A stretch of DNA of 64,000 nucleotides from NCBI GenBank assembly GCA_965226795.1, contig CBDDDZ010000004.1, positions 867,854 to 931,853 of the forward strand, read 5' to 3'. Positions 11,727 to 21,882 of the stretch are shown here, one piece after another; position 1 is the stretch's first letter; every line of letters begins with the position of its first letter. A program made the translations under genes and the position numbers. The notes beneath the pieces were generated by a model. It was given only the letters and a program-made list of their open reading frames with translations. It was not told where the DNA came from and did not search any database. The DNA comes from Candidatus Latescibacterota bacterium (lineage in GTDB: Bacteria > Latescibacterota > UBA2968 > GCA-2709665).

Positions 11727-12113
11727 ATGAAACGCAAAAACATAGCTACCAGCAGCCCGTTTGGCGCGGAGTTTGGTTATTCGCGCGCCGTGCGCGTGGA
11801 CCGGCACGTCCACGTCGCTGGCACGTGCGCCCAGCCGCCTGACGACCAGGGCGATGCCTACGAGCAGGCCATGGGCGCATTGCAGATCATCGACAAGGCG
11901 CTCGTCAAAACCGGTGCCAACCTCGGCGACGTGGTGCGAACGGTCGTGTACATCACGGATACGGCTCATGCCGCTGGCGTCACCTGCGCTCACCACGAGG
12001 TGTTTGGCGAGATTTTGCCGGCTTCGACCTTGGTCGTCATAGCCGCGCTGCTAAAGCCGCATCTGGTCGTCGAGATCGAAGCCTACGCCATTTTGCCCAC
12101 CGAAAGTGCGTGA
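11727..12113 (+). CDS. RidA/YjgF family protein
   Basis: GYSRAVRV, VAGT, DVVRT, PASTLV, VEIEA. Confidence 0.92.
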   Translation: MKRKNIATSSPFGAEFGYSRAVRVDRHVHVAGTCAQPPDDQGDAYEQAMGALQIIDKALVKTGANLGDVVRTVVYITDTAHAAGVTCAHHEVFGEILPASTLVVIAALLKPHLVVEIEAYAILPTESA

Positions 12114-12574
12114 ACAAAGACCGCCAAGTCCTGTCTATTGGCGTGTTGGGCTGCGGCCCCATCGCCCAATTCGCCCACTTTGAGTCGTGCATCAAGGCCC
12201 GCAATATGCGGCTGTACGCGCTGTGCGACCAAGCGCCGGACTTGGCCGTGCGCATGGACTACCACGAGGGCTTTCACATCTACGGCGAGCACGGCAGCGT
12301 CGTCGGCAAAACCTACCTGCCGTGGTTTTTGAAATCCAGCGATGTCGAGTGCTTCTCCACGCGAGACGGTCAGTACCACCGGCCTTTAGGAGCCGACGCG
12401 CATTTCTACCGACTCCAGCTCGAAGGTTTTGCCGATGCAGTCCTCCACGGCGCGCCCCAAATGGGGGCCGATGTGGAGGATGGAACTCTAGCTATGCGGG
12501 CGATGGCCGCCATTGTCCGCTCGGTCGCAAGCGGCGATTGGGTCCGCTTCGAGACCGTCACCGGCGGCGTCTAA
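12110..12574 (+). pseudogene. Gfo/Idh/MocA oxidoreductase with a large in-frame internal deletion
   Basis: Rossmann start IGVLGCGPIAQ...ALCD is joined directly to the C-terminal region (F.DAVL.G.P.GA..EDG..A). It is only 154 aa and lacks the EKP motif. Confidence 0.75.
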
Positions 12575-12586
12575 CACAGGGGATCA

Positions 12587-14131
12587 ATGCCCATGTCCTC
12601 GGCTCGCCCTCGCTTATGGCCTCTCCATCTGCTCGGAGGAGGCGTCGTCCTGGCGCTCCTGTTGATCTGGGTGCCCGAAGCCCCCCATCGCCAGCAACAG
12701 GTCATGCGCACCATGGCCACCTTCATTCTCGCGATTTTCTTTGCTTTGCTCTGGTTGCTCTTCGCGTCGCGGCTGGCCTGGGGATCGCGCCTGCGCTATT
12801 TCGGCGGTATCGTCCTCGTCATTGCGCTTGGTATCGGATTTTTTCGCGTTAAGGGTATGAGCGGCGACTTCGCACCGATCCTCGAATGGCGTTGGAGTAC
12901 CAAAGACGAAGCAGGCGCTGTCGAAGGAGGGGACGCCACCGCGCTCGACGCCCGCGATTGGCCGCAATTTCTCGGCCCCGAGCGCAACAACCGCCTCCGC
13001 GGCGTTCACCTCGAACGCGACTGGGCCAAGCATCCGCCGCGCGAAATCTGGCGTCGCCCCGTCGGCGCAGCCTGGTCTTCCTTTGCCATTGTCGGCGGCC
13101 GGGCCGTAACCCAGGAGCAACACGGCCCCGAGGAGCAGGTCGTCTGCTACGACTTGGCAACGGGCCGCAAGCTCTGGCAACACGCCGACTCGACTCGCTA
13201 CGAGACCGCCATTGCCGGCATCGGCCCGCGCGCTACGCCCACCATCGCTGGAGACCGGGTTTTCACGCTGGGCGCTACTGGCATCCTCAACTGCCTGGAT
13301 CTGGCCAGCGGGGCGCTGATTTGGTCGCGGGACATTCTCGCCGACAATCAGGCTAAGGCCCATATATGGGGCATTAGCTGTTCGCCGTTGGTCCTCGACA
13401 CCTTGGTCGTGGTCAGTGCCGGAGGCCCGGATGAGCGCTCGCTAGTGGCCTATCACCGCCAAAACGGCGCATTTGTCTGGGGCGGGGGCACAGACAAGGC
13501 CGGCTTCAGCTCGCCGCGTCTGGTCACGTTGGCGGGACGCGAGCAGATCCTGATCTTCAACAACCACAGCGTTGTCGCGCACGATCCGCAGAGCGGAGCT
13601 CCCCTCTGGCGTCAGCCTTGGGATCGGGCCGAATGCATTGCCAATCCCCTGCCCTTGCCCGGGGACCGGGTTCTGGTCTCCACCGGCTACGGCATTGGAG
13701 CCAGGCTGTATCAAGTGAATGCCGCGCCCAACGGCGAGTTGACGACCGATATCGTCTGGAAAAGCCCCCGGATCAAGGCCAAATTTTCCAACATGGTCTA
13801 TCGCGATGGTTTTGTCTATGGCCTCGACGACGGGGTGCTGGTCTGCCTCGACCCGCAAGACGGCAAGCGTCGCTGGAAGCGCGGGCGTTACGGCCACGGC
13901 CAGCTCATCCTGATAGACGATATCCTTCTGATAATGAGCGAATCGGGTGACGTGTTACTGGTCGAGGCTCGCCCCGACCGCCACGTAGAACTAGCGCGCA
14001 TGACGGCCTTCGACGGCAAAACCTGGAATCCCCCGGCCTTTGCCACACCCTATCTGTTAGTGCGCACGGAAAGCGAGGCCGCCTGCTACGAGCTGGCGCT
14101 TGCAAACGGTGCTCAGGCGCAGCGCTTCTAA
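12587..14131 (+). CDS. Membrane-anchored PQQ-like beta-propeller repeat protein (BamB-like)
   Basis: N-terminal TM helices, WPQFLGP.RN, repeated CxD..TG...W units, TWNPP. Confidence 0.88.
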   Translation: MPMSSARPRLWPLHLLGGGVVLALLLIWVPEAPHRQQQVMRTMATFILAIFFALLWLLFASRLAWGSRLRYFGGIVLVIALGIGFFRVKGMSGDFAPILEWRWSTKDEAGAVEGGDATALDARDWPQFLGPERNNRLRGVHLERDWAKHPPREIWRRPVGAAWSSFAIVGGRAVTQEQHGPEEQVVCYDLATGRKLWQHADSTRYETAIAGIGPRATPTIAGDRVFTLGATGILNCLDLASGALIWSRDILADNQAKAHIWGISCSPLVLDTLVVVSAGGPDERSLVAYHRQNGAFVWGGGTDKAGFSSPRLVTLAGREQILIFNNHSVVAHDPQSGAPLWRQPWDRAECIANPLPLPGDRVLVSTGYGIGARLYQVNAAPNGELTTDIVWKSPRIKAKFSNMVYRDGFVYGLDDGVLVCLDPQDGKRRWKRGRYGHGQLILIDDILLIMSESGDVLLVEARPDRHVELARMTAFDGKTWNPPAFATPYLLVRTESEAACYELALANGAQAQRF

Positions 14132-14203
14132 CAGGGCCATGGATTTTCCCGCTACCCCGCCAATCGCGACTCTAATAATCGGGCACTTGTAAGGAGGAAA
14201 GTC

Positions 14204-14500
14204 ATGGAAGACTATTCGCACATTCAGAAGCCGGATTTGGGCTACCGCCATGAGTCCGGCCCGGGTGCTTGGGAGGTGCTCGACTACGAGCCCTTCATGG
14301 ATATTAACCGGCACCTGATTGCCACCGACGAGTTGACGATCCACCGCTCGGCTGCCATCATCCGCCGGACCGGCTCGGCTCCCGTAGGGTGGCACACCGA
14401 TTGGCGCGGCTATTCGACCGAAATCAAGCACTCGGGCGACGTCCTCAATCGTGGACTGTGGCCGTCGGACAAGTGGTTCTACCTGACCGGATCGCGGCGA
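14204..14500 (+). pseudogene. Truncated PhyH-like dioxygenase
   Basis: GWHTD motif and WFYLTG, then an abrupt break. Confidence 0.55.
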
Positions 14501-14520
14501 CGAAATTACTCATTCGGACC

Positions 14521-15099
14521 TCACTGCGTCAGCGAATTCAAGTGTTCGAGAATTTCTTCCTGTTCGGCCAAATCAAACTGATTCGAGCCGATGTACATAC
14601 ATCTGATAATGCCGCGTCTATCGATGATGAACGTCGCCGGACGGGCAATGCTGTTGCTGAGGTTGTGATCCGCGAAACCGATCCACCTGTGCAAAGCAAA
14701 GCCGAGTTTGTCGACGATCAACGTCGCGGGGCGGACGATGGTGTAAGCGAAGTTGTGCAACGCCAGGCCGAACCAGTGATGTACCCCGTAACTCTTGATG
14801 ATGCTACAGTCTTCGTCCGCCAAAAGAGGATAGGTGATGCCACTGCGTTCGGCGTATTCGCGCAGTTCGCAAAGCTGCTGCCCTGCGGCGATAGCAATAG
14901 ATGTCGCGTTACGTTCGGCGTAAGCGTCCAGATATTCTTGCACAATCGCCAACTGGCGACGGCTTCTTCTTCACCAGGTCCCCCGAAAAAACGTCAGAAC
15001 GACGTGTTCTTTTTCCCGATGCGATGCCAGCGACACGTATTGTTTCTGATGCGAGGGGAGGGTAAATAAGGGGGCCGTATCGCCGACGTTGAGGACCCG
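14521..15099 (-). CDS. Peroxiredoxin-like (AhpC/TSA) selenoprotein with in-frame TGA at 14973-14971 (W-U-R-R-S); N-terminus fused to an IS fragment
   Basis: ORFs 14971-15246 and 14521-14952 are in the same frame, separated by one TGA at the catalytic Cys position of FxRGxW-C. Hairpin TCGCCA-GT-TGGCGA lies 11 nt downstream. YPLLAD and RPATFIID..G.I motifs are present. Confidence 0.82.
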
Positions 15100-15324
15100 A
15101 AGCTTGTACCGCGCAGTGAACCGCCGGCGCTTCGCCTTCTCTGACACTTCCGGGTCAGGGCGGGGCGCCTCGGTAGCAGCCCCTTCGCTCCGCTCCGGAA
15201 CTGCTACCGACACCTGCTCCTGTCGGGCGTTGTCCATACTCATCATCTCTTGCTCTCCTCTCCGCCCTCAAGACTACACTAAACTCGGATGGGGAGTTGT
15301 CTCACTCTATATTGGCACGTAGGG
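15095..15324 (-). mobile_element. Left-end remnant of an IS3-like element (orfA N-terminus)
   Basis: PDPEVSEKAKRRRFTARYKLRVL is typical of IS3-type orfA HTH starts. Terminal-like sequence CCCTACGTGCCAATATAGAGTGAGACA. Confidence 0.65.
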
Positions 15325-15403
15325 ATATAATATTTACATTTGACAAACGATCTCCAAAAGGCTATATCATAAGTAGGAAGTTAGCCAACAAAAGGGATCG
15401 GAA

Positions 15404-16024
15404 ATGGAACAGAAAAAGACGACATACAAGCCGATTAAGGATATGAGTATTTTCCAATTTAGCAAGCGGTTTCCGAATGAAGCTGTTGCCATATCTTATG
15501 TCGAAAACCTGCGATGGAAAGATGGGATTTACTGTCCGCATTGTGGGGTTATCGGCAATGTTCAGAAAACGAAAAACGGCAAGCCGCAACCTTATCGCTG
15601 TCGAGAATGCCGCAAGCATTTTTCAGTAAGGACCGGAACGATCATGGCGCAGTCCAACCTGCGATTGACAACGTTTCTCAATGCTATCTATCTTATCATC
15701 ACACATCGCAAGGGTGTGCCGAGCACTATGCTTGCCAGGGAGTTGGGTGTTACGCAAAAGACAGCATGGCATCTGGCCCACAGAATTCGTAAAGCGTTGG
15801 AGATGAAGGGCGGTTTGTTCTCCGGACCGGTAGAGGTTGACGAAACCTATATTGGCGGCAAGGAACGGAACAAACATTCTTCCAAGAAGTTGCATGCTGG
15901 CCGTGGTACTGTTGGCAAGACTGCGGTTGTGGCAGTGCGAGATCGTGAAGATGGTAAGGTTAAAGCCAGGCTGGTACAGGGAACGGATAAAAGGAAGTGG
16001 ACCCAATCGTCAAGACCAATTTGA
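15404..16024 (+). pseudogene. IS1595-family transposase, C-terminally truncated
   Basis: Zn ribbon CPHCG...CRECRKHFSVRTGT, HTH, and VEVDETYIGG. The downstream TD/HTN.IE catalytic region is missing. Confidence 0.88.
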
Positions 16025-16177
16025 GGCGAATTTAAGGTGGATATGTTTTTGGTTTTCGATAGGGTTCTTCTTTGCGGCCCGTGCAACCGGCTGAAGAGCA
16101 ATGTGTATACGCTTTCAGGGTTAAGGCGGGAGAACAAGAAGCGGAGATATTTGTACAACGGATAAAGGGGGTACAAG

Positions 16178-16384
16178 ATGGGTGCTGTTACCGTTGTGAT
16201 GGGTTTGATTAATCGAGTAGTAAAAGGGGAGCGTCCTGAGGTTGTCGTTCGAGAGGCGGAGGAAGATCCCTTTCTGGCCCGATCTCTTCAGATTGATGAG
16301 GATATTCGTACCGGGCGGAACCGTCCGTTATCACCGGAGGAACAGCGCCGGTTTATTGAACGAGTAAGAAGGGGCGGGAAGTGA
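16178..16384 (+). CDS. Small hypothetical protein, candidate antitoxin
   Basis: 68 aa, overlaps the RelE-like gene (GTGA). Confidence 0.45.
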   Translation: MGAVTVVMGLINRVVKGERPEVVVREAEEDPFLARSLQIDEDIRTGRNRPLSPEEQRRFIERVRRGGK

Positions 16385-16743
16385 ATGAGGGGCGCGAGAG
16401 GCAACGGACCAGAAAAGCAGAGACGCCCGTTGAACAACCCAAACCGGAAGCACCACCGGTAGAGCAAGAGGTTATCATCTATCGGCGTGTTTCACGGTTT
16501 ATAGAGAGGAAATTGCAACCAAAAGTACAGACACGTGCGCTTGCGGCGATTGATTCTCTCAAAGTCCCCACAAATATACGGGGGTCGGTAAAGATAGAGG
16601 GACGACCTGCCAACGATCCCATGTTCAGGATTGATAAAGATGCTTATAGGATCTTCTGCAAGCGTCTTGAGGGCAAGGTTCATGTGGTAGACATGGAGAA
16701 TCGGCAAGGTGCTTATGACAAGGGTCGCACGAGGAAACGCTGA
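16381..16743 (+). CDS. RelE/ParE-like toxin
   Basis: KL..KVQ.R...AI..L, KIEG, FRI...YRI, R..AY pattern. Confidence 0.65.
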   Translation: MNEGRERQRTRKAETPVEQPKPEAPPVEQEVIIYRRVSRFIERKLQPKVQTRALAAIDSLKVPTNIRGSVKIEGRPANDPMFRIDKDAYRIFCKRLEGKVHVVDMENRQGAYDKGRTRKR

Positions 16744-16798
16744 TCTCCACAAGATGGGGACAGTGATATTAGATTCCATAGACGTTGCGGGGAAGGCA

Positions 16799-16993
16799 AT
16801 GAAAAAGACAGGCAAGCGCAGGGCGGCAACCAAAGGAAGAATTAAGGTTGCAAAGTCTTCGTACAGTCCCACGAAGGCGGAGACGGAAGAGTTGGTAAAG
16901 ATTCCAAAGAAGTTGGAAGGTGCGTCTTTTGACGCTTTTGTGAGTGTTGCGATAAGGCCAGTTGAAGTTGAGGAGTCGGACAAGCCGAAATAA
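16799..16993 (+). CDS. Small basic protein at the IS1595 right end
   Basis: MKKTGKRR...SYSPTKAETEE, preceded by GGGAAGG. Confidence 0.4.
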   Translation: MKKTGKRRAATKGRIKVAKSSYSPTKAETEELVKIPKKLEGASFDAFVSVAIRPVEVEESDKPK

Positions 16994-17287
16994 TTAGATT
17001 TTTCTCGTGTGCAAACTTCACTTCCCGTCGGCTAACATTGTATATAGTTCCCATTGTAAAAGGATTTCGGCGCGTTTCAGGCGTCAACCCGATACTCCCG
17101 CCACCCGTCTCCCCGGCAGTCCCGCTCCTGCGGAGCGCAGACGCCCGAACCTGTCCCATTTCCCGCCAGATTCCCCTTGCCTGTGAACGAGAGAACGTCG
17201 TATTTTCTTCCTATACGCCAACAATACACCAGGCTTGCAACGGTTCCGTAGGGTTGCGCCATATCCAGAACATCTAACGGGAGGTAA

Positions 17288-19423
<2,136 letters not shown>

Positions 19424-19584
19424 TCTCAGCGGGTGCTCGCAACGGCGGCCTTCGAGCATCCGAGATCGGCGCAGATTGAAGGGCGTCAGTCGACAACGTG
19501 CCATTGACGTAGAGCAATTCGTCCCGAAGCCGCACTTCGGCCTGCAGTGCATATTCGATGAAGGTAGTAGAAGAAAGGACCACG

Positions 19585-20058
19585 ATGGCAATCACGCTGG
19601 GGGCAGGCGATGTTGCCCCGGATTTCGCGCTCGCCGACCAGGACGGCAATATCCATTCGCTGGCCGAATACAGGGGCCGGACGGTCGTCCTCTACTTCTA
19701 TCCGCGCGACGAGACCCCGGGTTGTACGACTCAGGCCTGCTCTTTTCGGGATAGTCACGCCGAAATCCTGGCCGAGGGTGCAATCGTGCTCGGTGTTTCG
19801 AGAGACGATGCCGATTCGCATCGGGCTTTCCGCGAACGCCACCGGCTGCCGTTTCCCCTGCTGGTAGATGCCGAAGCCACCATCGCCGAGCGCTATGGCG
19901 CCTGGGGCGAGAAAGTCCTCTATGGTCGTCGGTTCCAGGGAATGACGCGGTCGACTTTCATCATTGGCCCCAATGGAATACTGACCAGGGTTTGGAAACG
20001 GGCCAGGCCCGCCGAGCACGGCGCGGCAGTATTAAAAGCGCTGCGCGAGTCCGGTTAA
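19585..20058 (+). CDS. bcp: Thioredoxin-dependent thiol peroxidase
   Basis: VLYFYPRDETPGCTTQAC, RBS AAGGA. Confidence 0.95.
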   Translation: MAITLGAGDVAPDFALADQDGNIHSLAEYRGRTVVLYFYPRDETPGCTTQACSFRDSHAEILAEGAIVLGVSRDDADSHRAFRERHRLPFPLLVDAEATIAERYGAWGEKVLYGRRFQGMTRSTFIIGPNGILTRVWKRARPAEHGAAVLKALRESG

Positions 20059-20231
20059 ACGGGACAGATATTTCTCCTTGGTCGGCGCCGCGCCGTGCGA
20101 GCGCAGATTAACTTGGAAAATGGTCGAAATGAGACTCTTCATTCTATCGATAATTCGCCAAAATCGAATACCCCTAACCATATACGTCTTCAGTCCGACA
20201 AGCTAACTGGCACCGACTTGACACCAGCGAA

Positions 20232-21377
20232 ATGATCGACAAAGACTGGGGCAGCGACACTCTAACAAGATTTCGCTATCAGGCAGAAGCGACGCTTCCT
20301 TACTGCCTAGCGGTTATGTCCTCCCAGAATGATATTCTCTCAGTAATTCCGGAATATCTCGAAGACATAGCCCTTAGAACGAACGATGGCTGGCGATTTC
20401 TGCAAGTAAAGACGCGAAACCCAGAACGAGGTTTGTGGACAGCGTCTGAGCTTTTCACCAAAAACGGAGGCGCTTTACGCTCCCTATATCGCACTTACCT
20501 ACTCACCATCGGGAAGGACCATCCACTTGAGCTTCTCCTTGAAGGCGCCGTAAAGCCTAGCGATCCAATATGCATGCTTTACCCTGGGAAAGACCGCTCC
20601 CAACTCGAGGACATAGTAGTTGATAAGCTAGGCCCATCCCGATCATCGGCGAAGGACTTCCTCCGACGCGTAACTCTCAACGAAAGTATGCCCCGTCGAT
20701 CAGATATGCATGCAACAAATGCCCGGTTGCTGCATGAACTCAAACCCTCCCTGACTTATACGGAGCTAGAAGCCGTACATAATTCGATTCTTTTTGAAAT
20801 CGAACAGGCAATGCGTTGTGATCGACTCAGTGCACTATGGCCACGCAGCATTGTTCATCCAAAGGCACGGTCCACAACAACTGAGGATAGACTCCGAGCC
20901 AAGACGCTCGACGCCGACCGCCTATCCGCGATAGTCGCCCCGGTCACGCGTGCGGAACGTCCCCTATTAAAGCGATTCGTGGAATCAGGTAGCCGGTCCG
21001 TTACGCCTCTGACTCAGAAGCTCGTCTTGGGTGGAGCTACCCCCGCTATTGTTGAGCTGGCACGCAATCTCCAGGCGAACGCACGCCACCAACGTTACGT
21101 ACGAGCATCTAAGAGCCTTGCAAACGAGGATGCTATCCTCTCCGACCTGCGCGAGCGACTTCTCACATATGCACTGACGGCGACCGCGTCACAAGACCCA
21201 ACAAACCGCCCTGCGGTCCGAATCTGGCAGGAATTACTTGACAAATTCGACAAACATTCGAGACAAATCGATCGAAGTAATCTGGTATGTGCGGATCCGA
21301 TGCTATTGATGGGCGAAACATGTATCCTTTCTGATGAATGCGCGTTTGGTTGGGGGGAGGCGTCCGATGCGGGTTGA
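20232..21377 (+). CDS. Lamassu/ABC-3C effector: Cap4-like (DUF4297) PD-(D/E)xK nuclease plus C-terminal domain
   Basis: GSDT..RFRYQ, EDI...FLQVKT, and C-terminal G..CILSDEC.F.W motif. Confidence 0.8.
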   Translation: MIDKDWGSDTLTRFRYQAEATLPYCLAVMSSQNDILSVIPEYLEDIALRTNDGWRFLQVKTRNPERGLWTASELFTKNGGALRSLYRTYLLTIGKDHPLELLLEGAVKPSDPICMLYPGKDRSQLEDIVVDKLGPSRSSAKDFLRRVTLNESMPRRSDMHATNARLLHELKPSLTYTELEAVHNSILFEIEQAMRCDRLSALWPRSIVHPKARSTTTEDRLRAKTLDADRLSAIVAPVTRAERPLLKRFVESGSRSVTPLTQKLVLGGATPAIVELARNLQANARHQRYVRASKSLANEDAILSDLRERLLTYALTATASQDPTNRPAVRIWQELLDKFDKHSRQIDRSNLVCADPMLLMGETCILSDECAFGWGEASDAG

Positions 21378-21882
21378 TAGTTTTCAACCATCTCTCGACG
21401 GCGAGGCACGGTTATTACTCCTCATTGAGGCGTTCAGCCGCCGCGAAAACATACTTGAAGGGCGTACCAAGCTAGCGAAGCTCGACTTTTTTCTTCGTTA
21501 TCCAATTTACTTCGAGCGAGCACTACAGATTAGGCGACCAAAACTGGCTATCGTGCAAGAGGTGCATAAGCCTGACGTGGAGTCACGTATGGTACGCTAC
21601 CGTTATGGTCCTTGGGACCCCTCGTACTTTGCACTACTAGGCCGATTGATCGGAAAAGGGCTTGTACTGCCTGCCCCTTTTGCACGTGGAATTGGATACC
21701 GCACTACAGAAAAAGGCCGCATGATTGCAACGTCTCTGCAAGAGGAGCCAGCATGGGTCGACGTCGCACAAAGGGTCGAAATTCTTCGTAAGCATTTCAA
21801 TCTCAGTGGAACGAACCTTAAGAAATTCATCTATGATTATTTTCCTGAAATTACGCGCGCGACCTGGGGGCGACCGCTCTGA
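21367..21882 (+). CDS. Lamassu/ABC-3C middle component
   Basis: KLAKLDFFLRYP, RYRYGPWD, L...GL wHTH-like segment. Overlaps both neighbours. Confidence 0.75.
   Translation: MRVDSFQPSLDGEARLLLLIEAFSRRENILEGRTKLAKLDFFLRYPIYFERALQIRRPKLAIVQEVHKPDVESRMVRYRYGPWDPSYFALLGRLIGKGLVLPAPFARGIGYRTTEKGRMIATSLQEEPAWVDVAQRVEILRKHFNLSGTNLKKFIYDYFPEITRATWGRPL

Larger units (their letters stand above)
15322..17052 (+). mobile_element. IS1595-family element remnant with passenger genes
   Basis: Contains the transposase and three small ORFs. The right end is TATATAGTTCCC and the left end is only weakly similar. No target duplication was found. Confidence 0.55.

Noticed and set aside
11473..11730. 85-aa ORF upstream of RidA
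   Set aside because: Only the last ~25 codons look protein-like (possible tail of a lost gene), so it was not called.
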